DNA of 64,000 nt, taken from an uncultured Nitrospinota bacterium. Its GTDB lineage: Bacteria > Tectomicrobia > Entotheonellia > J063 > CAVPRW01. Position numbers and translations under genes: made by a program. Numbering within the stretch: position 1 is the first letter of the stretch; each line of letters opens with the position of its first letter. A model generated the notes under the pieces. That model was not told the DNA's origin. It ran no database searches and was given only the letters and a program-made list of their open reading frames with translations. This document shows, piece after piece, positions 54,235 to 64,000 of the stretch. The stretch is from contig CAVPRW010000033.1 in the NCBI GenBank assembly GCA_963707985.1, forward strand, positions 19,500-83,499, read 5' to 3'.

Positions 54235-55143
54235 ATGATGGCAACCCAACTCACCGATATCGTGGAATCCCCTCAGCCTGAGCGTCTCGCCACCGGGTTT
54301 GTCTTTACTGAAGGACCTGTGTGGCATCCTGATGGCTATTGGCTATTCGTGGATGTGCGTGCGAACCTGATCTATCGACTGGCGCCCGGCAGTCGGCCGG
54401 AAATCATCCGAGAGCAGAGCGGCAGCTCCAATGGGATGACCTTCGATCGTCAGGGGCGTCTCCTCATCTGTGAAGGGGATAACAGGCAGATCACGCGCCG
54501 GGAACCCGATGGTACGTATACTCCGCTGGCTCAGCGCCTGGGAGGGAAGCGTATCAACCGGCCCAATGATCTCGTCACCCGCTCGGATGGGAGCATCTAC
54601 TTCACCGACCCAGGAGGACGCTTGACCCCGCAAGAGCGCGAGCTCGACTTCAGCGGCGTGCACCGTATCGCCCCGGATGGCACCCTGACCAACGCGACTG
54701 CTGAAACCGAGTATCCCAACGGCATCGCCTTCTCCCCCGACGAACGCGTTCTGTACGTGGCCATCACCCGGCGCGATGAGCGGTGTATTGAGGAGAAGAC
54801 CCGCGGCGAGGTGTGCACGCACCAATGCATCCGCGCGTTCGACGTGGCGGCTGATGGGAGCCTGAGCAACAATCGCATTTTTGCCAACATGGCGTCGGCG
54901 GCGGACGGGGTCCCCGACGGCATGAAAGTGGATGCTGAAGGGCGCGTGTATTGTACTGGCCCTGAAGGCGTGTGGGTGTTTGACGCCTCAGGCCACCACC
55001 TGGGGGTCATTCGCCTTCCCGAAATCCCGGCGAACTGCGCCTGGGGTGGGCCTGACCATCGGACGATGCTATTTACGGCGCGTACGTCCGTCTACTCGAT
55101 GCGGATGAAGACCCCCGGCACCCGCATCCCCAGAGGCGCATAG
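54235..55143 (+). CDS. SMP-30/gluconolactonase-family protein
   Basis: TEGPVW, NRPND, YFTDP, PNG, PDGM. Confidence 0.92.
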   Translation: MMATQLTDIVESPQPERLATGFVFTEGPVWHPDGYWLFVDVRANLIYRLAPGSRPEIIREQSGSSNGMTFDRQGRLLICEGDNRQITRREPDGTYTPLAQRLGGKRINRPNDLVTRSDGSIYFTDPGGRLTPQERELDFSGVHRIAPDGTLTNATAETEYPNGIAFSPDERVLYVAITRRDERCIEEKTRGEVCTHQCIRAFDVAADGSLSNNRIFANMASAADGVPDGMKVDAEGRVYCTGPEGVWVFDASGHHLGVIRLPEIPANCAWGGPDHRTMLFTARTSVYSMRMKTPGTRIPRGA

Positions 55144-55282
55144 TCCGGCGCACCACCGATACTCAGCCGCGTACGCGGGTCTCCACCCAGCCCTCGACGT
55201 CAGGAGGGGAAAGGTTTGGGTGGTGATACAATGGAGGACAAGCGTCTCCTCATTCGAGATATGACTGGGAAGGAGGCCAAAT

Positions 55283-56386
55283 ATGCTGCGTGCCATCGAT
55301 GCCGACACCCACATCTTCGAATCCACGCAGGTCTGGGACTTCATCGACGAGGAGATGTATCCTCGCCGTCCCATCATCGTCTCGGGGCCAGCGGACACGG
55401 TCTATCGACGCTCCGGCTTCTGGCTCATCGATGGCAACATCTTTCCCAAATCCGCCGGAAAAGGTGGGTTTCTGTTGGGGACGCCCACAGAGCCAAGTCA
55501 GATCGACCTCGCCACCGATGTGCGGGCCAGGGAGCTGCTGGACCTCGACGGGCGACTCCAGGCCATGGACCAGATGGGGGTCGCAACGCAGGTAGTCTAC
55601 CCCACTCTCTTCCTGGCCTACCTGACCGATGACGTCAAGCTGGAGATTGCCTTGTGTCGCTCCTACAACCGCTTCATGGCCGGGGTTTGGGAAAAAGGCC
55701 AGGGACGCCTCAGATGGGTGGTGGTGCCACCCCTACGGTCGATCGACGCCTCCATCGAAGAGATCAACTTCGCCAAAGCGCATGGGGCTGTTGGACTCTT
55801 CTTCAGGGGCATCGAGCGCGACCGCACCCTGGACGACCCCTACTTTTTCCCGGTGTATCAGGAGGCGGCGCGCCTGGATATGCCCGTCTGCGTGCACACG
55901 GGTGCCGGTTGTCCGGCGTTCACGGCCATCTTCGATGTCACCCGCAGTCACACCTTCCCTCATACCCGCACCCTACCCCTGATGGCCTTTCGCAATATCG
56001 TCGCCAACAAAATTCCGGAGCGCTTCCCTGAGCTGCGGTTCGGCTTCATCGAGGCCGGCGCATCATGGGTGCCCTATGTGCTCCACGCGCTCCGGAGTGT
56101 CTTTGGTGGCAGTGCGGAGCAGTGGGGGCCGACACTGTTCAGGGAGTACCGCCTCTATACGGCCTACGAAGAGTGGGAAGACTTGCCCTACCTGGCGCGC
56201 TACGTCGGGGAGGACAACCTGGTCGTGGGCTCCGACTGGGGGCATCACGGCGGCCGTGGGCGTGGAGGAGACCCGTCTGGACAGCCGGAGGTCTTTGCCA
56301 ATATGAGGGCCAGGGAGGATGTACCCAACACTATGATCGAGAAGATGCTCTCGGACAACTCACGCACATTCTACGGACTTTCGTAG
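55283..56386 (+). CDS. Amidohydrolase_2-family protein
   Basis: IDADTH, VCVH, EAG..W, GSDWGH. Confidence 0.88.
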   Translation: MLRAIDADTHIFESTQVWDFIDEEMYPRRPIIVSGPADTVYRRSGFWLIDGNIFPKSAGKGGFLLGTPTEPSQIDLATDVRARELLDLDGRLQAMDQMGVATQVVYPTLFLAYLTDDVKLEIALCRSYNRFMAGVWEKGQGRLRWVVVPPLRSIDASIEEINFAKAHGAVGLFFRGIERDRTLDDPYFFPVYQEAARLDMPVCVHTGAGCPAFTAIFDVTRSHTFPHTRTLPLMAFRNIVANKIPERFPELRFGFIEAGASWVPYVLHALRSVFGGSAEQWGPTLFREYRLYTAYEEWEDLPYLARYVGEDNLVVGSDWGHHGGRGRGGDPSGQPEVFANMRAREDVPNTMIEKMLSDNSRTFYGLS

Positions 56387-56470
56387 TGAGACGATCACGA
56401 GTTTGACGTGGGGCGCAAACCTTCCTCCGATCAACCCCTCGTCCTGTCCTATTCCCCCTCTCCCTCCGGG

Positions 56471-56569
56471 GGCTTTGCCTCAAAAGTCGGTTTTGCGACT
56501 GATTTATTAGTGATTTCATGCTCTAAATTAACCAATTTTGTTCTCAATTCTGACTTTTGAGGCAAAGCC
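56471..56569. mobile_element. 99-bp MITE with perfect 18-bp terminal inverted repeats and a 9-bp target-site duplication
   Basis: TIRs GGCTTTGCCTCAAAAGTC (56471-56488) and GACTTTTGAGGCAAAGCC (56552-56569); CCCTCCGGG is duplicated at 56462-56470 and 56570-56578; AT-rich core. Confidence 0.88.
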
Positions 56570-56699
56570 CCCTCCGGGAGAGGGCGGGGTGAGGGCCCAA
56601 TAGAGGCAGGGAGAACGGTTACGGTTGGAAGATTCCCAGACACTGATCTGAAAAACGCTATAGGTGCATTGTGGACAGGCGTGCAAGCGTTAGCCATGT

Positions 56700-57192
56700 G
56701 TGGAATTCACAAGTAACAGCGCAAGGGGTGGGGCAGGGACACGAGCTGCTGCGGGACTGTACGCTAAGAGAGCGTCACGCGATGAGGATGAAAAAAATAG
56801 TAAACTCTACCATCTACCGTATTCGCTTAATTGGGCCACCTGTCCCGAGGAATCTCATCAAGGTGCACAAGAAAGAATCGTGAGCTCGCCTTCTCAATAC
56901 CTCCAGCCGCCTCAATAAATGGCTCACGCTCTTGCTGACACCACGGTGACTCCAGATATCCATTGGAGAAGGCACCACCAGGATAGCATTGCTGGAGATC
57001 GCCTCGCGTATACGCGGTGTGACTGGTTCATGGCCTGCCAGCCCACCCTGGTCCATCCAAATCCTCACCGCGTCATTCCGGCCCAACTTCTGGTCAATAT
57101 TGGTTTGCAGACTCTGGCGCATCGTATCGACCCATCGTGTCGCATCGTCACCAGGAGTCGACGGCTCGTTATCAACATGCGCATAGCTAATA
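56700..57192 (-). pseudogene. TIR-domain protein remnant
   Basis: ISYAHVDN...WV...IWMD...AI..NAILVV, then frameshift to SNGYLESPWCQQE; later in-frame stops; 5' end cut by an IS. The 3' boundary is approximate. Confidence 0.75.
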
Positions 57193-57202
57193 GAGTTGTT
57201 CC

Positions 57203-57790
57203 TTAATAGGAAAGAACGAAGTTCCACAGCCCAGCACAGACACCAATGGCATCATCCTCAAAGTCCTCTTTGCGATTGCGGAAGGCATGCACCAAAATGT
57301 TGTAGCGCTTCATGCCACCAATGGCATGCTCGATAAAGATGCGGACTTGACTCAAGACCTTATGGGCAGCCTTTTGCTCATCGCTCAATTGCGGGTTGGG
57401 GTTCTTTTGACTCTTGCGAGGCTTCTTCGTCGGGATGGCAATCCGATCACCACTGGTAGTCAGATTGTAATGCCGAGATAGCCTAAATCGACCCGAACAT
57501 TGATATCGGTAAACCAATCCACCTCAGGTGGAAACTCTTGTTTCAACATGCTGTAGTCGTGATTGTGACCACTAAAGGTCCGCCCAAGAAAGACGATAAA
57601 CTTGTCAGGCAGCGACATGACCGTGTTCTTCAACGTATGCTGTTTTTTTTCCGCTGTAATGCTCACGCTGCTTCGCCTCATCTTGTGACCGATGATAGGC
57701 CCGTTCGGTGGCATCAATCAGGAGGCGATCCCCACCTTGCAACGCCGCTTTCAACTGCCTCCGGTGTCGACAACTCACGATACGGCATCA
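57203..57790 (-). mobile_element. IS5-family (DDE_Tnp_4-like) transposase fragment, frameshifted
   Basis: DATE, YSGKK.QHTLK, HD, DLGYLG and RIFIEHAIGGMKRYNIL motifs spread over several frames. Confidence 0.8.
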
Positions 57791-57965
57791 GATCGAGATG
57801 GACCAGGGTATCATACAGAATCGGCGAGAGCTTATGACTTCTCCGATACGTGATTTCAGTGAGCATTCATGTGCATTTCCCGCCGATACCCCCACGAAAG
57901 TGTTGCACACTCAATGGGTTATGGACATACCCTTCCTTCTCTCCACTGCTGGATGTGTATGTCCA

Positions 57966-60900
57966 TCAGCGTTCCTCCACTTGCGCCAGCGCTGCCTCAG
58001 TCTGGGGTAGCCAGAAGGTCATGTCCATAGCGCGGTACATCTCAATGGACTCAGACAATTCAGTGCAGGCTTGCTCCAGCCTCCCATCGTCGAGGTACAG
58101 TATGCCGAGACCCCGGTGGCAGTGGGCCTGAAGCGGGCGCATGCCCAGTTCCTCAGCCAGGGTGAGGGCCTGCTGGTAGTGGGTTCCTGCTTGCTCGACC
58201 TGCGGGGGATCACGATGTGCGGCAATCTCGCCGAGGAGGCGCAGGGCATACGCCTGGTAACCACGTTCCTGTCGCTCACGGGCAGACGCCAGCACACCCT
58301 CGGTGAGGGCGTGCGCCTCCACTAGGCTGCCAGCCAGCACCTGCGCCTCCCCCAGGGAGAGACCACAGAGCGCCTGATAAACCACCGTTTTTGTTGCAGT
58401 ACTCCGTTCCATCGCCTGCATGAGCAGTGGCACAGCGTCGGCGCCACGCCCGGCCAGGGCGTACGCCGCGCCCAAGTCCGCCGCTATCCAGGGGAACAAG
58501 AGCGGGATGTCCGCGTCCTGGCAGAGGCCCATAGCCCGTTCGAGCCGGGGGAGTGCCCTGGTCAGGTCGCCTTGGCGGAGAGCCAGCAGACCGATTCCGT
58601 GATAGGCATACATGAGGCTCCCAGGGTGATTAACTTCCTCAGCAATCCGGAGCCCCTCTTCCCCGAGGGTCCTGCCCTCGGCGAACGTGCCCAACTCGGC
58701 ATGGCACCAGGCGAGCCAGGTACGGGAGAGCACGGCGGGCAGGAAGAGCGCACCGAAGCGCTCGCGCCGCGCCGCCCCGTCGAGGGATGCCACGGTTAGC
58801 TCCAGGCAGTTGATCGCCCGGCGATAGTCGCCCTGGGACAGGTAGGCTTGGCCGAGGCGCTGGTTCGTTAGGACGTGCAGGCCGACATCCCCACTGGCTG
58901 TGGCGAGCGCGAAGGCGGGCTGGACGGCGGCGATGGCCACGTCGTACGCACCCATCATGCGGAAATTTTCTGTCAGAAAAAGTGAGACCTGTGCCAGTCG
59001 ACGCGGGTCGTCGAGGGCTTCCCGAGGGGCTCGGCCTCGCGGCAGACACGCCAGGCTATGCTCCATGTCGCCAGACGGCCAGAGCGCCGAGCGCAGGGCG
59101 ATGCGGAGATCGATGGCCTGCTCGAGTATGTGGCGCTGCTCCGGCAAATGCGGGAGGGCACCAAGCGCCTGCTCGAAGTATCCACAGCTTCGCGGTGGGC
59201 CGATCTGCCATGGTCTTCTCCCCGCCTGCCGGCAGTACGCCAGAGCCTTGTCCCACACCTCCCCTCGCACGGCATGGTGCGCCAGACGTTCGACCTGCTC
59301 GACCACCCGGTCGGGCGCGAGCGCCTCGAGGGCCTCGACAATACGCCCGTGCAGCACCCGCCGCCGCTCCAGCAGGAGGCTGCCGTAGGCCACCTCGTGC
59401 GTCAGGGCATGCTTGAAGGTATAAACACGGTCCGGAAACAGGCTCGTCTCATAGAGAAACTCGGCGGCTTGTAAGTGCCCAAGATCGACGATGCCGTGCT
59501 GCCTTGGGGAGCGTCGATCGATGGCTTCTAACAAAGGCAAGGGCACTTCGGTGCCGATGACAGCCGCCGTTTGTAGAAGCCGTTTGCTTCTTCCTGTGGA
59601 GTCGATAACTCCGGCGTCAACCGGCCACCCGTCGGCGGCACCTGAATCGTCAGCAGGTCGTGTGCCCGGCGATAAGCCCCTGGTTCGCCAACCAGCGTTG
59701 CGTTTCAACTAACGTCCGGACACTCTCTTCCAAGAAGGGATCGCCCCCTGTGCGCTCAATGAGAAGCTTTTTGAGAGGGTCCAGACTCTAGTCGGTGCCA
59801 AGCAGGGCCTCAAGAAATACGTCAGCATTTTCAGGTAGCAAGGGATTCAGCCGCACCTGCGTGTAGTAGGTCTTGCTGCCCATCCGTGTTGGTATTCCGG
59901 CCGGTAATTGACCAGGAGAAGGAGCTGGGCTGCTCGGCAAACTCTCAATCAGTTATCGAGCAGTGCCTGAGTCTCAGCATCGATCCAGTGCAGGTCCTCG
60001 AATACCAGCAGCAACGGCTGTCCTTGGCTTTCGCGTAACAAGATACGTTTGAACCCGTCAAGCGTCCGTTGACGACGTTGTGGGGGATCAAGTTGCAGAA
60101 AGGGACTGTTCTCGGGAAGGGCATCCAAAGCAATAAGAGCGCTGGAATCGTCTCCTGGAGGGATTCGTCCAGGGTCAATATCTGACCGGTCACTTTGGCC
60201 CAGGGTACGCGACTCGTCACCTTCCTCGACATGCACATACCGCTTGAGCAGATCAATAATCGGAAAGTAGGGAGTGGCTTTACCATACGACACCGAGGTG
60301 CTCTCTAACACGAGCCATCCCTTTGTGCGGTGGGAATGCATGAACTCATACACGAGGCGGGACTTCCCAACACCGGGCTCCCCAACTGCAGCCACAATTT
60401 GACCATGGCCAGTTCCAGCTTGTTCTAGAGCCTGATTGATGGCTTCGATTTCGGTGTCCCGTCCAACAAACTTAGTGAGTCCACGTGCCACCGCAGCCTG
60501 TAAGGCCGTCGACGAATGGAACTGGCACCTGTCAGCTCGAAGACCTCCACCGGCTCACTCATGCCCTTGACGGTATCGTCCCCAGCTCCACTTGGATCAG
60601 CCCTGTCACCAACCGCAGGGTCAACCGGGAGCACGTACGTCTGCCGGATGGGCGAGTTGCTCCATGCGGGCGGCAAGGGCTGGCCTTCGCCCCACGGCCG
60701 AATAATCCATGTGGAGGTCGTTGCCGATGGTCCGCACCACCACTTCCCCCGAAGTCGAGACCCACGCGAATCTGGGCAACGGAATCCCATGGGTCCGTCG
60801 CACTGCCTCGGTATAGTCTCGCATTGCTGCTTGCATCGCCAAAGGCAGCATAGCAGGCCCTGAGGGCGTGATCCTCATGGGCGATTGGCGCTCCGAAGAT

Positions 60901-61378
60901 GGACATGATGCCGTCGCCGAGCACCTGATTCACCGTCCCTTCAAAGCGATGGATGGCCTCCATCATGATGTGAATGGCAGGATCGAGGAGCTGTTGGGCC
61001 GCTTCCGGATCGAGGTCCTTATCAGCTCGGTCGAGTCTTTAATGTCGGAATAGGACGGTTACCTGCTTGCGCTCGCCTTCCAGGGCACGACGAGAGGGCG
61101 GCTATCCGGCGACAGGGTGGGCGTACGTGAGAGGAGCGCGCTCGATAGCCTGTGCTGAGGGGCCAGGAGGACGGGAGGCGGCACAGCGTCTCCGGCACCA
61201 GACCAGCACTGTCCCCTCTTCATCCACGGGCAAGCCGTTGGCCCTGAATGAGTTCGGCCTTCAAATCCTCCAGATAGTCATCATCCAAGTCGAACTGGCG
61301 CTTGAGTGCGCGATACGTTATGCGCCCTCGGCGCTGCAGCAGGGCAATCGCTTGGTCAAGGAGTTCCTCAAAGGTCAT
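57966..61378 (-). pseudogene. Adenylate/guanylate cyclase + AAA ATPase + TPR protein, multiply frameshifted
   Basis: ERKQVTVLFSDIK, GDGIMSIFGAPIAHEDHA, FVGR, GEPGVGKSRL, EDLHWID, FKHAL and C-terminal TPR-like helices, in different frames. Confidence 0.88.
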
Positions 61379-61594
61379 CGCTGACCCTCCACCTGCTTCT
61401 GAGGCTTTCAGGATACAGGGCAGGGAGTGGAGTATCTTCTCGGCCCCTTTGTATCGCAAAGCGCCGGGAAGAAAAAGAGGAAGTGCGGCAACGCGTCGTG
61501 CAGAGGAGACCCGTTCTCCCAGACGGGTGGGGAGGGCCTTTGTCGCGGTGTCTGCGCACTGGACGCAGACCTGAACAGAGCGAAGGATTCTACT

Positions 61595-62913
61595 ATGCCC
61601 CCACGCAAACGAGCCGCTAACAAACACACCAAAGCCAGACAGCGCCGCCGTCTCAAAGCACAGGAGCGCCTCGATCGCGACCGTGTTCAGGCGCAGCAAG
61701 CCGCCAAGGCCTTGGAGCAAACCTCCATGATTTCGGCCTACCCGATAACCTGGTGGCCGAGATTGAAGGTCGCCTGCGGAGCCAACAAAAGCTGTTGAGC
61801 AAGATCGTTGGCGTGATGTTTCCCCCGCTGTTCGGGTGCCGCACCAACTCGGAATTGTGTCGTGTGCGAGGTTGGGACAAGAACTTGCCCCTCGCCTGCT
61901 CAGGGCGCTCCCCAAGCGCTCTTGGCTCAAGCGGCTCAGACGCTTGGGCGTAGGTGCTGGCACCGCTGTGGCGGCATGCCGCCACCAAAAGTGAGGCCAC
62001 ACGAGCTGCTTGGGATGGACGCGGGGTCGCCGATGACTCGGTGTTCAAAAAGTATGGCGAACAGTTGGGCCTGGTGGGCACCTGGTGGAGTGGCCAGGAA
62101 CACCGGGTGCTCTCGGGCATTGACGGGGGATGTTGCTTGTCGTGGTTGTTGGCGAGGGCAAGTTGGTCGTCCCCGTCGATTTTGCCATCCGTCGGCCGGA
62201 CCCCACAGGGCCTGGGGGCCTTGCCGAGATAAATTGCATTGGGTACAGGGCATGCTGGATGGCCGCGTAGCGGCATTCCGCCGACGCGGCGTGGCGTTGC
62301 CCCCTCCTCTCGTCATCGCCGATAGTTGGTTTAGTGATTCGAAGCTCATGCGACACGTGGCTATGACGCACCAGGGCACCTTCCTCAAGAAGGAGTAATG
62401 CGTCCTCCGCGCTGGCAGACGGGCGCCAGATGAAGGGGAGTGACTTGCAGCATCAGCGAAAGTGGCTCTGGCGTGACAGCCCGCAGATAAGCTTGGGTGT
62501 GCGATGCGTGGCTGCCGGCCACCAGTCCGACGTATGGCGCAGTGACCCTCATCGTCGTCGAGGAGCCCGTGTAGGACCAGTTCTACGTGATGTGTCTCGA
62601 TACGGCTATCAGCGGGCCACGGCTCATACGGGCATGGAAGCGGCGCCACTGGATCGAGCACTGTTTTCGGAAACCTCGAAGTACTTGCGGCGGCGGGGGC
62701 GTGCCAGTAGACAGCCAGGATGCCTACTATGGCCACCTGGTCCTCCGCCTCATGGGGTGCTTGGTGTTGTTCTACACCTCACGGGTCATCTGTAAAGGGC
62801 GGCTCACGATGGAAGAGATTATCTTCAGTCTCAAGCACTACTGGCGCTTTGTGGACTCCGAAGCTCTTGAACTCAAAGCACTTTCACAGGTGATGGTCGA
62901 GAAAGCCGCATGA
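61595..62913 (+). mobile_element. DDE transposase pseudogene (IS701-like)
   Basis: DDSVFKKYG...GTWWSGQ, IADSWF, RHWIEHCFR; several frameshifts. Confidence 0.75.
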
Positions 62914-62958
62914 ATACAAGCCGAATTCAGAGATCGGAAAAGCCGAGGTCGTGTCGAG

Positions 62959-63465
62959 ATGATGGCCACGCTCGGCGCCGACGAGGACCTGGAAGGCCGC
63001 TTTCACCGCGAGGTGAAGGCCCTGCTGCATGCCGACCCGGTGCTGGGGATGTTGACGGTCGTGGGCGCCATGCGGGCGACGGAGGCCAGGCCCGATGACG
63101 ACGCCTTCTTCTGGTGGCTGAAGCGGGCCTGGCCCCTGCTACGCCCCAAGCTGGAGCCGGTCGCGATCAATCACCCCGGCGTCGGCAGCCGCCGGGACGC
63201 TCCTGGCCTATGCCGCCTGTCAGCCCCTGTGGGCCAGTTCATTGGCTACGTCCAGTACACCGGAATTGACCTGGACGCCCTCTGCGTTGACATGGCGCGG
63301 CTGACTCGCGCCGTACGGACTGACCCCGATGCGTTGCAGGCCGCCACGTTGGCGGCGCTGGAAGGGCCGATTGAGCCAAAAGCGGCGGGAGTCTGGGCGC
63401 CAGCCTACCAGGCCGTGATCAGGCGCTGTGCCAGCGGGAGCAGCCAGCCCTGCAGGAGGCCGTGA
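62959..63465 (+). CDS. Hypothetical protein or gene fragment
   Basis: 168-codon high-GC ORF beginning right after the transposase; no recognised motif. Confidence 0.35.
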   Translation: MMATLGADEDLEGRFHREVKALLHADPVLGMLTVVGAMRATEARPDDDAFFWWLKRAWPLLRPKLEPVAINHPGVGSRRDAPGLCRLSAPVGQFIGYVQYTGIDLDALCVDMARLTRAVRTDPDALQAATLAALEGPIEPKAAGVWAPAYQAVIRRCASGSSQPCRRP

Positions 63466-64000
63466 TACGGAAGATAAACCGGGCGCGGGTGGAACAGTTG
63501 TCACTCTTTGAGGAGGCGTGAGATGGCGGTCGTGCATGACCTCTACACCTACACCCCAAACCTCGCCAAAATTCCCGTGACATATATGGCTAGGTAAGCC
63601 GACCTTATGCGGATACACCAGACCGCTGTCTGGAGAGTCCGCCACAAACGTTCCTTTTTGGCACATCGGTCCGACTCCCGCCAAAACTGGTTTTGATCGC
63701 ACCGATTCCCATACGTTTTTGGCGCAATCCCCAGAACTTCGCCAAATTGCTGTTCTCGCCACGACAAGATTGTATGTGCCAGAAATCCTTTTTCTCCCGC
63801 AGAAAAAACCCGTCAAGAAATGTTCCATAGGAGTACAATAGAAACACCCACTTGAGACTTTTTTCGGGAAGCCAGGGGATTATAATGAAGCCCGATGTGG
63901 AACGTCAGGGCACTAGCGAGCACCCACACAGCAGTGAGCCTGTGCCGTTTAGAGACACTGAGAGGCTCACCACGTTATGGAGTTATCCAGAAACTAGAGA

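Noticed and set aside
61571..62930. CTGAA...TTCAG as terminal inverted repeats of the IS701-like element
   Set aside because: Only 5 perfectly matching bases and no clear target-site duplication.
63466..64000. Short minus-strand ORFs at the window end
   Set aside because: No recognisable coding signal; probably intergenic or promoter DNA for a gene beyond the window.

Overview
Bacterial window of roughly 60% GC (by eye). The gene repertoire (cyclase-AAA-TPR gene, DUF4058, ComDE-like pair, amidohydrolases) is suggestive of Ca. Tectomicrobia/Entotheonella-like organisms, which is inference only. (1) 1-15.6 kb, minus strand: a defence island. A translationally coupled BREX-type operon (HTH, brxA, brxB, brxC, pglX) is followed directly by an ABC-ATPase + PIN-nuclease pair instead of pglZ/brxL. 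A dense toxin-antitoxin array follows (3 MNT-HEPN pairs, hicBA, an orphan MNT, a small gene + VapC-like PIN) and runs off the window edge. (2) 15.9-28.7 kb: a DUF4175/TPR-peptidase/MoxR/DUF58/BatA-vWA/DUF4159/GATase-like operon. (3) 28.9-43.5 kb: glcDEF, rhomboid, an atypical sigma54 activator, groESL behind a sigma54-type promoter, otsB with a sugar ABC transporter, and PMM/PGM. (4) 43.6-56.4 kb: catabolic and accessory genes plus an RHH-HNH pair. (5) 56.4-64 kb: a decayed, indel-rich region with a 99-bp MITE (18-bp TIRs, 9-bp TSD) inside a REP-like palindrome, a TIR-domain remnant, two transposase pseudogenes and a broken cyclase-AAA-TPR gene. The best novelty candidate is the BREX-embedded ABC-ATPase/PIN module with its TA array. 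No rRNA, tRNA or CRISPR array was recognised. All domain calls come from motif reading; no database search was run.
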